This document shows, in pieces, positions 18,897 to 28,059 of a DNA stretch of 64,000 nucleotides. Positions within the stretch are counted from its first letter, which is position 1; every line of letters starts with the position of its first letter. This DNA is from Candidatus Latescibacterota bacterium. Its GTDB lineage: Bacteria > Latescibacterota > UBA2968 > UBA8231. The notes beneath the pieces are model-generated. The model saw only the letters and a list, made by a program, of their open reading frames with translations, was not told the DNA's origin and made no database searches. Location of the stretch: positions 1-64,000 of the forward strand of contig OZ253462.1 of NCBI GenBank assembly GCA_965261395.1, in the 5' to 3' direction. Both the position numbers and the translations under genes were made by a program.

Positions 18897-19808
18897 ATGG
18901 CGCAATTTGACGACATGAAGGGGATCTTCGGACTACTGCCAACACCGTACAGGGAAGATCTCGAGATCCACATCGACGACCTGAAGAAGGTGGCCAATTT
19001 CTGCTGCGAGAGCGGCCAGCACGGCATCGTCTGGCCGGTGATGGTCGGGGAGTTTTGGTTTTTGGGCGAGGAAGAGCGGGTCCGGGGGCTAGACGCGGTG
19101 CTGGAGGAGGTCAACGGCCGCCTACCCGTGGTCTTCGGCTGTTCTGGGATCTCGGTGCCGCAGGTGCTGCTCTATGCGCGGGCGGCGCAAAAAGCCGGAG
19201 CGGATTCGATTATCGCCATGACGCCGGCGCGCACCGACGCTGCCACGGCGATGAACATGTACCGGCGCTTGGCTGGAGTGTTCGACGGGCCGATCATGGT
19301 ACAGAATGCCGATATGTACGCGCCATTGCGCGGCGAGCAAGTGGCGCAACTGGTCGCCGAGATCCCGCAGGTCGAATACGTCAAGGAGGAGCGGCAGCCC
19401 GGTCCTAAGCACATCGCCGAGGTGGCCGAGATGGTCGGCGACCGGGTCAAGTGCATCTTCGGCGGGGCGGCGGGCAAGTTTTTGCCCGACGAGATGCGCC
19501 GCGGTGCCAATGGCAATATGCCCGCCTGTGAGCTGGCCGATGTGCTGGCCAAGATCACCGAGCTGTGGTGGGCCGGGCAGGAGGAAGATGCGCGCGCGAT
19601 GCACCGTCGCCTGTTGCCGCTGCTGATTCTCGAAAACCACCCCTTTATGCGCTATATCCTCAAGCGCCGAGGGGTGTTCAGCACACTGGTGGAACGAGCA
19701 CCGGCAGGCAAGCTGGCGCTGGACGAGGGCGACAAGCGAGAGATCGAGACCCTGCTGGAGATCGTCGCGGGGGATATCGAGTCGTTTCCGCTATTACCGG
19801 AGCACTAA
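18897..19808 (+). CDS. Dihydrodipicolinate synthase/aldolase family protein
   Basis: LPTPY, VGEF, YVKEE Schiff-base lysine region. Confidence 0.8.
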   Translation: MAQFDDMKGIFGLLPTPYREDLEIHIDDLKKVANFCCESGQHGIVWPVMVGEFWFLGEEERVRGLDAVLEEVNGRLPVVFGCSGISVPQVLLYARAAQKAGADSIIAMTPARTDAATAMNMYRRLAGVFDGPIMVQNADMYAPLRGEQVAQLVAEIPQVEYVKEERQPGPKHIAEVAEMVGDRVKCIFGGAAGKFLPDEMRRGANGNMPACELADVLAKITELWWAGQEEDARAMHRRLLPLLILENHPFMRYILKRRGVFSTLVERAPAGKLALDEGDKREIETLLEIVAGDIESFPLLPEH

Positions 19809-19823
19809 GTCATACGATGAGTT

Positions 19824-21182
19824 ATGGACCGCTCTATTCTGTTCTATAGCCTTTGTGTACTCGGCATTGTCGGCCTACTCAGCGTGCCCGCAGCGCGCTC
19901 CCTCTTACTAGGGCTCGACACGTCCGCACAAAAGGAGAGTGGACGCACCGAGATCGTCCTGGCCGGCTGGGGCAATACGCAGGAAGTGGCCATGCTCAAT
20001 CAGCTCATGGCCGATTTCGAAGCTGGCAATCCAGATGTAAAGGTCAAATTCATCCACATCCAGCAGAATTTCAATACCGTACTGCTGACCATGATGGCAG
20101 GGGGACGCTCGCCCGATATCTTTTACGTGGCACCGAGCAATCTGGGCAGCATGTTGTCCAAAGGGGTGCTCCTCGACTTGGAGCCCTATCTGGAAAAGAG
20201 CCCGGTCGTTGGCGTTGAGGATTTTTTTCCGCAAACGGTCGAGCCGTACCGCTGGGACGGCAAGCGCTTTGGCCAAGGGCCGATCTACGGGCTGTGCAAA
20301 GACTGGTCGCCTGACTTTTTGATTTTCTACAACAAGAACCTATTTGACGAGGCGGGTATTCCCCATCCAGACGGCAGTTGGACGCGTGAAGAATTCGTGG
20401 ACATTGCCCGGCGCTTGACCAAGCGCGACGAACAGGGACGCGTCATACAGTTTGGCGTCTACAATAACGCCAATCCAGAGCAGTGGATCTGGCAGTCGGG
20501 CGGGCGCATCTTCTCCGCCGATCGGACGCGCGTGTTGCTCGAAAGCCCGGCAGTGATCGAGGCGCTGCAGTTTGCCGCCGATCTGTCCACGCGCTGGCAC
20601 GTGGCACCGGGCTACGCCGAGCAGGCGCAGAGTCCGGTAAACGTGATGTTTGAGACGGGGCGCGTGGCCATGTGTTTTTACGGCCAGTGGTTTGTGCCCC
20701 AGTTCCGCAAAACCATCAAGAGCTTTGCGTGGGGGGTTACGACGCCTCCGCGCCACCAAGTAGATATTTATCTGTCCGGCGGCATGGTCGGTTATGGCAT
20801 ATACGCCCACACCAAACACCCGCAAGAGGCGTGGCGCTTTATGGAATATCTGGTCGGCCCCCAAGGCCAGGAGGCCATTGCCGACATCGGCTGGAATATT
20901 CCCGGCCGCAGGGAAACCGCGTATAGCCCTACTTTCGTAGAAAATCCCAATCTGGATGCGGCGATTACCCAGACTTTTCTCAAGGCCGCCGAGCGCACCG
21001 AGTTGTTTCATCGCAGCCCCTATATCAATCCCGCCGAATACAATCTGCTATTTAATCCAGAGTGGGAACTGGTCCTGCTGGGTGAAAAGAGCGTGCCTGA
21101 GGCGCTGGCCGATGCCGCCAGAAAAATCAACCAAGCCATTCGCGACAATATGGCCCTGCAGAACACCGAGGTGGGCGGATGA
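19824..21182 (+). CDS. Sugar ABC transporter substrate-binding protein
   Basis: N-terminal TM/signal, PDIF, FYNKNLFDEAGI, WT..EF motifs. Confidence 0.9.
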   Translation: MDRSILFYSLCVLGIVGLLSVPAARSLLLGLDTSAQKESGRTEIVLAGWGNTQEVAMLNQLMADFEAGNPDVKVKFIHIQQNFNTVLLTMMAGGRSPDIFYVAPSNLGSMLSKGVLLDLEPYLEKSPVVGVEDFFPQTVEPYRWDGKRFGQGPIYGLCKDWSPDFLIFYNKNLFDEAGIPHPDGSWTREEFVDIARRLTKRDEQGRVIQFGVYNNANPEQWIWQSGGRIFSADRTRVLLESPAVIEALQFAADLSTRWHVAPGYAEQAQSPVNVMFETGRVAMCFYGQWFVPQFRKTIKSFAWGVTTPPRHQVDIYLSGGMVGYGIYAHTKHPQEAWRFMEYLVGPQGQEAIADIGWNIPGRRETAYSPTFVENPNLDAAITQTFLKAAERTELFHRSPYINPAEYNLLFNPEWELVLLGEKSVPEALADAARKINQAIRDNMALQNTEVGG

Positions 21183-22078
21183 AACTCAACCTGCGAGAGA
21201 ACATAGAAGGATATCTCTTCATATCGCCATGGATCTTGGGCATGGTGCTTTTTGCTCTCGGGCCGATACTGGCCAGCTTTGGTCTGGCGTTCACGCGCTG
21301 GAACCTCTTTACGGAACCAGAGTACGTGGGCTGGGCCAATTTTCAGAAGCTGGCGCACGACCCGCTCTTTTACAAATCGGTGTTTAATACGATCTACTAC
21401 ACGGTTTTTGCCGTACCGCTGGGACTCGTGCTAGCGCTGGGACTGGCCATGCTGGTCAACCACCGCCTGCGCGGTGTCAATTTTTTTCGCACGGCTTTTT
21501 TTCTGCCCAATGTCGTGGCGGGTATAGCGATGCTGCTGCTGTGGAAATGGCTCTTCGATCCCAATTTTGGCTTGATTAACCTGTTCCTCGACTGGACCGG
21601 ATTGATGGCGGTGTTGGAGTGGATCGGCCTTGGCCGGCCCCAGTGGATCTCATCGCGGACGGGTGCCATGCCGGGCATGATCTTTATGAGCATCTGGGGA
21701 TTGGGCGGATCGATGATGATCTTTCTGGCCGGCCTGCAGAATATCCCCCGCGAGTTGATAGAGGCTGCGGAGCTAGACGGCGCCGGGCCGTGGAAGCGCT
21801 TTAGATACGTCACCTTACCACTGCTGACCCCGACGATTTTTTTCCTGATGATGGTCGGCGTGATTGCCTCGCTGCAGATCTTTAACCAAGCCTATGTCAT
21901 GACCCAAGGCGGGCCGGCGCACGCGACCCTGTTCTACGTCTTGTATCTCTTTCAAACGGCCTTCGAGCGCTTCCAGATGGGCTATGCCTGCGCCATGGCC
22001 TTGGTCCTCTTTATCATCACGCTGATCGTCTCGCTGATCCAACTGGCGATGGGCAAAAAATGGGTGCACTACCAATGA
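21179..22078 (+). CDS. Carbohydrate ABC transporter permease
   Basis: LQNIPRELIEAAELDGAG EAA motif; multiple TM segments. Confidence 0.93.
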   Translation: MKLNLRENIEGYLFISPWILGMVLFALGPILASFGLAFTRWNLFTEPEYVGWANFQKLAHDPLFYKSVFNTIYYTVFAVPLGLVLALGLAMLVNHRLRGVNFFRTAFFLPNVVAGIAMLLLWKWLFDPNFGLINLFLDWTGLMAVLEWIGLGRPQWISSRTGAMPGMIFMSIWGLGGSMMIFLAGLQNIPRELIEAAELDGAGPWKRFRYVTLPLLTPTIFFLMMVGVIASLQIFNQAYVMTQGGPAHATLFYVLYLFQTAFERFQMGYACAMALVLFIITLIVSLIQLAMGKKWVHYQ

Positions 22079-22917
22079 GCGGCGATTCTCGGGACGCACT
22101 GTCGCTGCGACGCCAGACCATCCTCTACGCCACGCTGTCCTTTCTGGCGTTTTGGTTTCTGGTGCCTTTTGCCTGGATGCTCATCACCTCGGTCAAGACG
22201 CCGGACGAGGTCTTTTCCCGTCTCCTGCCTTCGGTGCTGCGCCTGACCAACTTCGTGGAGATCTTCAACCAGCCGACGTTGCCCTTCGGACGCTATTTCC
22301 TCAACAGCACCATCATCACGGTTTTTGGCACGGGGGCGAGTCTTTTTGCTTCCTCCATTGTGGCCTATGCCTTTGCCCGGCTGAATTTTTTTGGCCGCGA
22401 CGTGCTGTTCGTCGCCGTGCTGTCAACCATGATGCTGCCAGCGGCGGTGACCATGATCCCGACATTCGTGCTCTTCCAGAAGCTGGGCTGGGTAGATACC
22501 TTTCTTCCCTTTTTGGTGCCGGCCTGTACGGGCAACGCCTTCCAGATATTCTTTTTGCGCCAGTTTTTTAAAACCCTACCCCTAGATTTGATCGACGCCG
22601 CGCGCATAGACGGGTGTTCGAATTTGCGCATCTGCCTGTCTATTGCCATGCCACTGGCCAAGCCGACGCTGGCGACGCTGGCCATTCTCAGCTTTCTCGG
22701 GCTCTGGAACGACTTTATGGGGCCGCTCATCTACCTGCACAGCAACGAGAAGCGCACGCTGGCGCTGGGACTGAATGCCTTTGCCGGCATGTACGGCACG
22801 CAGTGGCATCTGCTCATGGCCGCTTCCGTAGTCGCGACCGTGCCCATTCTGGTGGTCTTTTTTATGGGGCAGCGCTACTTCGAGCGCGGGCTGGTAATGA
22901 CGGGGATGAAGGGATAG
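22075..22917 (+). CDS. Carbohydrate ABC transporter permease
   Basis: DLIDAARIDGC EAA motif; WNDFMGPL. Confidence 0.93.
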   Translation: MSGDSRDALSLRRQTILYATLSFLAFWFLVPFAWMLITSVKTPDEVFSRLLPSVLRLTNFVEIFNQPTLPFGRYFLNSTIITVFGTGASLFASSIVAYAFARLNFFGRDVLFVAVLSTMMLPAAVTMIPTFVLFQKLGWVDTFLPFLVPACTGNAFQIFFLRQFFKTLPLDLIDAARIDGCSNLRICLSIAMPLAKPTLATLAILSFLGLWNDFMGPLIYLHSNEKRTLALGLNAFAGMYGTQWHLLMAASVVATVPILVVFFMGQRYFERGLVMTGMKG

Positions 22918-23044
22918 GGCGCCTCAAGGCAATACAGATAGAAAGGACCTAAGTACACGAGGGCGTCTTCGGCCAGTTTGATGGTCTCGGTCGTCGCCAC
23001 AGGTCCAGGCACTATGAACGTCGGGAAAGGACGCGCAGAAACCA

Positions 23045-23495
23045 TTAAACCAAGCCATGCTCTTCTAGAAACTCGGTGGCCATGGTCGCGCATTCTTGCG
23101 GGAATTCGAGCGGCAGAAAGTGGGTTGAGTCCGGGATAAAGTCAATGAAATACGCCAATCCTCGGTTTTGCTCCAAAGTGGGCGTCGATCTCCCGTGCGA
23201 TGCTTTGGCTGTCGCTGACGAACGTGGGGAAGTTATGCGTTTGGCGGCCCCAGACCGGATTCCAGCCATGGCTGCAGATATCATAGAGCACGATGTCAAA
23301 GCGATCCATTAGCAACGACCAGAATGGATAGTACAGGTCAGCGGCGAGAGCATTGCCGTGGCTGAACACCATCCGCGGGCCGGAGGGGTTGCCGTGCCGG
23401 CGCAGCGCGATAGGTGCGCCATCCGCCATCTGAACCTTCACAGTCTCCAAGGGAGTGGGTACGTTCCAACGTTCGGGCGGTGTTGACCTTTGCAT
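23045..23495 (-). pseudogene. Alpha/beta hydrolase pseudogene with an internal deletion
   Basis: N-terminal half (FSHGN...YD...HG...IGVFH, stop at 23142) abuts, in another frame, the C-terminal DFIPDSTHFLPLEFPQECA...HGLV*. Confidence 0.7.
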
Positions 23496-23575
23496 TTTGT
23501 CGGCTCTCCTACTCTCCCCGTGGATAGATATAGCGCATGAAGCAGAAATCCTTTCGGTCACCCCATAGAGTCTCC

Positions 23576-24847
23576 CTATTCCAACTCTGGGTATTGCGCC
23601 GCGTAGATCGTCAACTTCGTCGCCTCCCCGATCTGTTCCATTTCCGGCCGCTGCCCAGACAGACGCAGGCTGTCTCGAACCAAATTCAAAAACCCCTCGC
23701 CCCTCGCTTCCAGAAAACTGGATCCCGTAACCGGGCTTTTGTAGTAGCGCATGAAGCCGGTGAGCAACTGATTCCGGCGCGCCGGCTGACACCCCGCGTA
23801 CAAATTTTCGATGGTCAATGTGTTGTAGAGCGCCCCGGGATTCTGGAACTCGATGCGGTCGGGAAACATCCGAATGATGATCTGCGATCCGGCGATTCCG
23901 TAGTCCCGGTGAATGACGGCGTTTACGACGGCCTCTTGGAGTGCAGTGTCTATGTAGCTAGGGTAATCCCGTCGGCCATCGCCGCTTTTCCGCGATGCGA
24001 TCGGCGTCAAAGGAGAGGCTTGGAAATACGACACGATCTTGGCGATTTGCTCGGGTAAAGGCCCGGTGATTTGCCGGCTATCCACGGTGTTGCCGTCGGG
24101 AATGTCGTGGTTGTACACGGCCAGATCGATGTACGCCCCGTAAATGTACTGCTCGGGCTGCTCGGCAAAGAGCAGGATACCCAAGTGCGTCGGCGTGGCA
24201 CCCATATCCGAGATCGCGGCGAGCTTGTGAGCCGCGAGCGTGGAAGCCCAGTCTTCTGGTGGGGACCAGTCGGGAAAGCGCCGACAGAAGTACTGTTCGA
24301 GGCGGGTTTTGTCTAAGTCGTCAAGGCTACTGCCGACCATGGGTCGTTCCTCAATCGGGCCAGCCAAGCGACGTTCCGTCAACATGCGGGCCAGTCGTTC
24401 GGCGGGGATTAACTGGCGGTGGCTACTGACGCGCTGGAGGAATCGCCCATCGCTCGTCTGATGCACATCGAACTTAGACGGGGGGATTTCAACGATTAAG
24501 CACAGTGTGGGGGGGCCGCCTTCTCCGGGCAGGTATTCCCAATCCAACGCCGGGACGATCATCGGATTGCAGTTATTGGCCGCCACATTGACGATAAATT
24601 GCTCTAAGAGGTCGCGCTTGTCAGGGGGAATGCCAACCGGGATGCGATCCGAGTCCCGGACGCCCATCACCACCATACCCCCTTCCGTATTGGCCATGCT
24701 AACGAATACCTCGGCGAGTTTCGACGCGGCGCGTCCCTCTTCTCTGGCAAACGCAATCCGGCTTCCCCGAAATACGACCTCCTTGAGTTCGAGCTTAGTA
24801 TCTTCGCCAGCTTGAATGGATGAGATGAGTTGGGTTTTGTCGATCAT
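23576..24847 (-). CDS. AlbA_2 (Schlafen-like) domain plus RecG-C/HATPase_c_4-type domain protein
   Basis: GED..LELK, SMANTEGG.VVMGV.D; ALQEAVVNAVIHRDY, FPDRIEFQNPG, RN..L, EARGEG. Confidence 0.8.
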   Translation of the reverse strand: MIDKTQLISSIQAGEDTKLELKEVVFRGSRIAFAREEGRAASKLAEVFVSMANTEGGMVVMGVRDSDRIPVGIPPDKRDLLEQFIVNVAANNCNPMIVPALDWEYLPGEGGPPTLCLIVEIPPSKFDVHQTSDGRFLQRVSSHRQLIPAERLARMLTERRLAGPIEERPMVGSSLDDLDKTRLEQYFCRRFPDWSPPEDWASTLAAHKLAAISDMGATPTHLGILLFAEQPEQYIYGAYIDLAVYNHDIPDGNTVDSRQITGPLPEQIAKIVSYFQASPLTPIASRKSGDGRRDYPSYIDTALQEAVVNAVIHRDYGIAGSQIIIRMFPDRIEFQNPGALYNTLTIENLYAGCQPARRNQLLTGFMRYYKSPVTGSSFLEARGEGFLNLVRDSLRLSGQRPEMEQIGEATKLTIYAAQYPELE

Positions 24848-24877
24848 GGTCGTCGCTTTCCTTCGTGGTTCTCCATC

Positions 24878-24984
24878 TATAGCGATCCTGAATGATTCGA
24901 GATACGTATCATCCCGTGAATGATCTATGATGCCTATTCTGCGTCCATCTGCGGAAATTGTATAAACGATTTAGGATAGCTATA
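24878..24984. mobile_element. MITE-like element with TA ends (IS630/Correia-like architecture)
   Basis: Left end tatagcgatcctgaatgatt vs right-end reverse complement tatagctatcctaaatcgtt (16/20 match); related end at 36632. Confidence 0.6.
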
Positions 24985-25525
24985 TATCCAGACGCTCAGG
25001 CCGATGTAAACCAAGCAACGCCTGATACGCCACCAGTGCACCGGCCACGTGAACATTCATCGACGGCCCCTTGCCGTACATGGGGATATAGACCGCCCCA
25101 TCGCACAGCGCCAAGGTCTGTCGATAGACGCCCTTGGTCTCGTTGCCGAGCACCAAACATACTTTGTCGGGGAAATCGTATTCCAAATAGCACACGGCCC
25201 CTTGCACCATTTCCAACGCCACCAAGTGATACCCCTCGTCTCGCAGTGCATTCGCCGCTTCGTCCATGCGCCCTATCCGCCGCCAAGCCACTCGCCGTTC
25301 ATGGCCCCGCGCCGTGCGCTCAATATCTTCGTGCGGTGGCACAGGCGTCACACCCGTAAAAACCAACTCTCGCGCCCCGCACGCATCGGCAATGCGAAAC
25401 ATCGAGCCGACATTGAGCGGGTCTTCGACACTTTGCAGTAAGAAGGCTAGCTCCACCTTGGGCGGATAGCTCTTCGCCGCGTCCGCAAAGAGCCGCTTCA
25501 CCTCAACCTTGCGCAAGGGGCGCAT
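24980..25525 (-). CDS. TrmH/SpoU family RNA methyltransferase
   Basis: NVGSMFRIAD, LVLGNETKG, IPMYGKGPSMNV. Confidence 0.9.
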   Translation of the reverse strand: MRPLRKVEVKRLFADAAKSYPPKVELAFLLQSVEDPLNVGSMFRIADACGARELVFTGVTPVPPHEDIERTARGHERRVAWRRIGRMDEAANALRDEGYHLVALEMVQGAVCYLEYDFPDKVCLVLGNETKGVYRQTLALCDGAVYIPMYGKGPSMNVHVAGALVAYQALLGLHRPERLDI

Positions 25526-25544
25526 CGGCTTTAACAGGGCCGGA

Positions 25545-26372
25545 TCAAAAACGGATGGCCTTGTACCTCTTCACATGCTCGGTAATGGCCACCTCCACCG
25601 GCAATCGCTCCATGCTCGACGCGCCGTAGAAGCCATCGACGCCCGTCGTGTTTTGCAACACGTACTCGGCGTCCTCTGGCTCTGAAATCGGCCCCCCGTG
25701 GCACAGCACAATCACCTCTTCGGACACCCCGCGCGCCGCGTCGCATATCGCCTGCACAAACCCCACTGATTCCTCCAAAGTCAGCGCGGTCGTCGCGCCA
25801 ATCACGCCCTTGGTGGTAAGCCCAGTGTGCGCTACCACAATATCGGCACCAGCCGCCGCCATCTGCTCGCCCTCTTGGGGATTGAACGCATAAGGCGTCG
25901 TCAATAATCCCATCGCGTGCGCCGTGCGAATCATCTCCACCTCCTCCCCATAGCCCATCCCGGTCTCCTCCAAGTTCTGCCGATACAACCCGTCAATCAG
26001 CCCCACGGTCGGAAAATTCTGCACGCCGGAAAACCCGATTGCCGCAACCTCGCGCAGGAAAACGTCCATCTGCCGGAACGGATCCGTCCCGCACACACCG
26101 GCCAGCACCGGCGTATCCTCCACCACCGTCAACACCTCCCCAGCCATATCCATCACAATAGCGTTGGCGTCCCCATACGGCATGGTCCCGGCCAGCGACC
26201 CCCGGCCCGCCATGCGAAAGCGCCCGGAATTGTAAATCACAATCAAGTCAACCCCGCCGGCCTCCTCGAACTTTGCGCTGATCCCGGTGCCGGCCCCCGC
26301 GCCGATAATGGGAACCCCAGCATCGATGTTCTGCCGCAACCTCGTGAGCACTTCTTCTCTTGTAAAAGCCAT
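25545..26372 (-). CDS. TIM-barrel signal transduction / phosphoenolpyruvate hydrolase family protein
   Basis: [49 protein letters not shown]. Confidence 0.9.
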   Translation of the reverse strand: MAFTREEVLTRLRQNIDAGVPIIGAGAGTGISAKFEEAGGVDLIVIYNSGRFRMAGRGSLAGTMPYGDANAIVMDMAGEVLTVVEDTPVLAGVCGTDPFRQMDVFLREVAAIGFSGVQNFPTVGLIDGLYRQNLEETGMGYGEEVEMIRTAHAMGLLTTPYAFNPQEGEQMAAAGADIVVAHTGLTTKGVIGATTALTLEESVGFVQAICDAARGVSEEVIVLCHGGPISEPEDAEYVLQNTTGVDGFYGASSMERLPVEVAITEHVKRYKAIRF

Positions 26373-26378
26373 GGCCGC

Positions 26379-26792
26379 CTATCCGTTTAACGCCTTTTCT
26401 ATCCGCACCCCTTCCATCTTCCGCAATTCGGCCTCCGGCCCAAACGGCGCGTATATGGCGATCAACTTCATCGAGCCGTCCCCATTGTTGACCGTCGAGT
26501 GATACACGGCCGTCGGAATGTGTACTAGTTCCCCGGGGCCGATCTCCTTTTCCAGCATGCCCGACTCCAGCTCTACTGTCTGAATCCCGGTGCCCTCTAT
26601 CACGTAGAGGATTTCCTCGCTGTAAGGATGGTTGTGGCGTACGTGACCCTTGCCCGGGGCCAACTCCACCACGCCGCAGCTAAAGTGCTCGGCCGCGGTC
26701 ACCAGCGGCTCGGAAAGCCAGTTCAGCCGGCCCCAGTCAAAGACTTGGGTCTCCACATCGGCGCATTGGATGAATGTCTTTTTCTCGCTCAT
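26379..26792 (-). CDS. Cupin domain protein
   Basis: GHVRHNHPYSEEILYVIEG...IPTAVYHST; start MSEKK overlaps the upstream stop (ATGA). Confidence 0.85.
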   Translation of the reverse strand: MSEKKTFIQCADVETQVFDWGRLNWLSEPLVTAAEHFSCGVVELAPGKGHVRHNHPYSEEILYVIEGTGIQTVELESGMLEKEIGPGELVHIPTAVYHSTVNNGDGSMKLIAIYAPFGPEAELRKMEGVRIEKALNG

Positions 26793-28021
26793 ACTTCTCC
26801 TGCTTTCTCGGCAATTAGCTCCAGTAGCAGCGCGGTCGCTGCGGCTGCAAACGCTGGATCGTTGATGTTGTGATCGACTTCGCGGACGAGGATGCCCTCG
26901 TCCAAGTTGACTTTGAGGGCGTCGCCAAAGGCGCGGTCGGCGTCGCGGTCGCAAAACAGCTCGCCGTCGCCATCGAGGATCGACACGCCTATCAGCGGAA
27001 TGAGTACGGCGACCGGGCCTTGGGCGGCGTTGAGCTTTGCAGCAAATATCCGGCCCATCTGCGCATTCTCCTCGGCATTGGTGCGCATCAAGGTCACCTC
27101 TGGATTCCACTCGTAAAAGAGCCGCGTGCCGTCCTTGTACTTTGGCGGCACCGTATCCATGCCGCCAAAATTGGCCATGTCCACGCAGCCGGGGACCACT
27201 AGCTGGGGCAAACCCACCCGGCCCGCTGCGCTCAAGCGGTCTGGACCCGCGCTGAAGACACCGCCGCACACTTCGTCGGCCCACTCGGTGGTGGTGATGT
27301 CCAGCACTGCATCCACTAAGCCCTCGTCAATGAGCGACTCCATGGTGCGGCCGCCAGTGCCGGTGGCGTGAAAGACCAAGACCTCGTACCCGCGCGCCGA
27401 CAGGGCCGCGCTGCACGCGTTTACGCATTCCGTGGTGTTGCCAAACATCGACGCCACGACGATCGGCTTGTCGTCGCTAGCCGGTGCTGGCTCGGCTTCG
27501 ATCATGCCGCAAATCGCGCCCGCGGCCCGCGTGAAAATCACCCGCGAAATCCGATTGACCCCGGCCACGTCCACGATCGACGGAATGAGCACCACGTCCT
27601 TGCTGCCCACATACGCGGCGGTGTCGCCGGCCGCCACAGTCGAAACGCACACCTTGGGCACCCCCACCGGCAGGGCGCGCATGGCCGCGGTCACCACGCT
27701 GCTGCCGCCGGACCCACCCATGCCGACGATGCCGTCAAAGCGGCCCTCGGCGTACCATTGCGCCGCCACCTTGGCCGCGCCCTCACCCATAGCTTTCATG
27801 GCCGCACCGCGATCGCCAGCCGCGCGCAGCGACTCCAGCGACGCGCCGCCAGCCGCCGCCACCTCGCTGGCATCTACATCCACGGCAAAGGCCTCGCACC
27901 CGCCCATCACGCCCGTATTCACCGATAGCACTTCGTGGCCGCGAGCCAAAATCTGCTCGCGCAAGAAGGCGTACTCCACGCCCTTGGTGTCAAACGCCCC
28001 AACCATCATAATCGTAGCCAT
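26789..28021 (-). CDS. Tm-1-like ATP-binding domain protein (UPF0261)
   Basis: DTKGVEY, GGSGGS, LPVGVPKVCVST, SMFGNTT, FHATGTGG, PGCVDMANFG. Confidence 0.9.
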   Translation of the reverse strand: MATIMMVGAFDTKGVEYAFLREQILARGHEVLSVNTGVMGGCEAFAVDVDASEVAAAGGASLESLRAAGDRGAAMKAMGEGAAKVAAQWYAEGRFDGIVGMGGSGGSSVVTAAMRALPVGVPKVCVSTVAAGDTAAYVGSKDVVLIPSIVDVAGVNRISRVIFTRAAGAICGMIEAEPAPASDDKPIVVASMFGNTTECVNACSAALSARGYEVLVFHATGTGGRTMESLIDEGLVDAVLDITTTEWADEVCGGVFSAGPDRLSAAGRVGLPQLVVPGCVDMANFGGMDTVPPKYKDGTRLFYEWNPEVTLMRTNAEENAQMGRIFAAKLNAAQGPVAVLIPLIGVSILDGDGELFCDRDADRAFGDALKVNLDEGILVREVDHNINDPAFAAAATALLLELIAEKAGEV

Positions 28022-28059
28022 AACGCCCTCCTCCTAAGACAGCTTGTAATATGGCAGCT

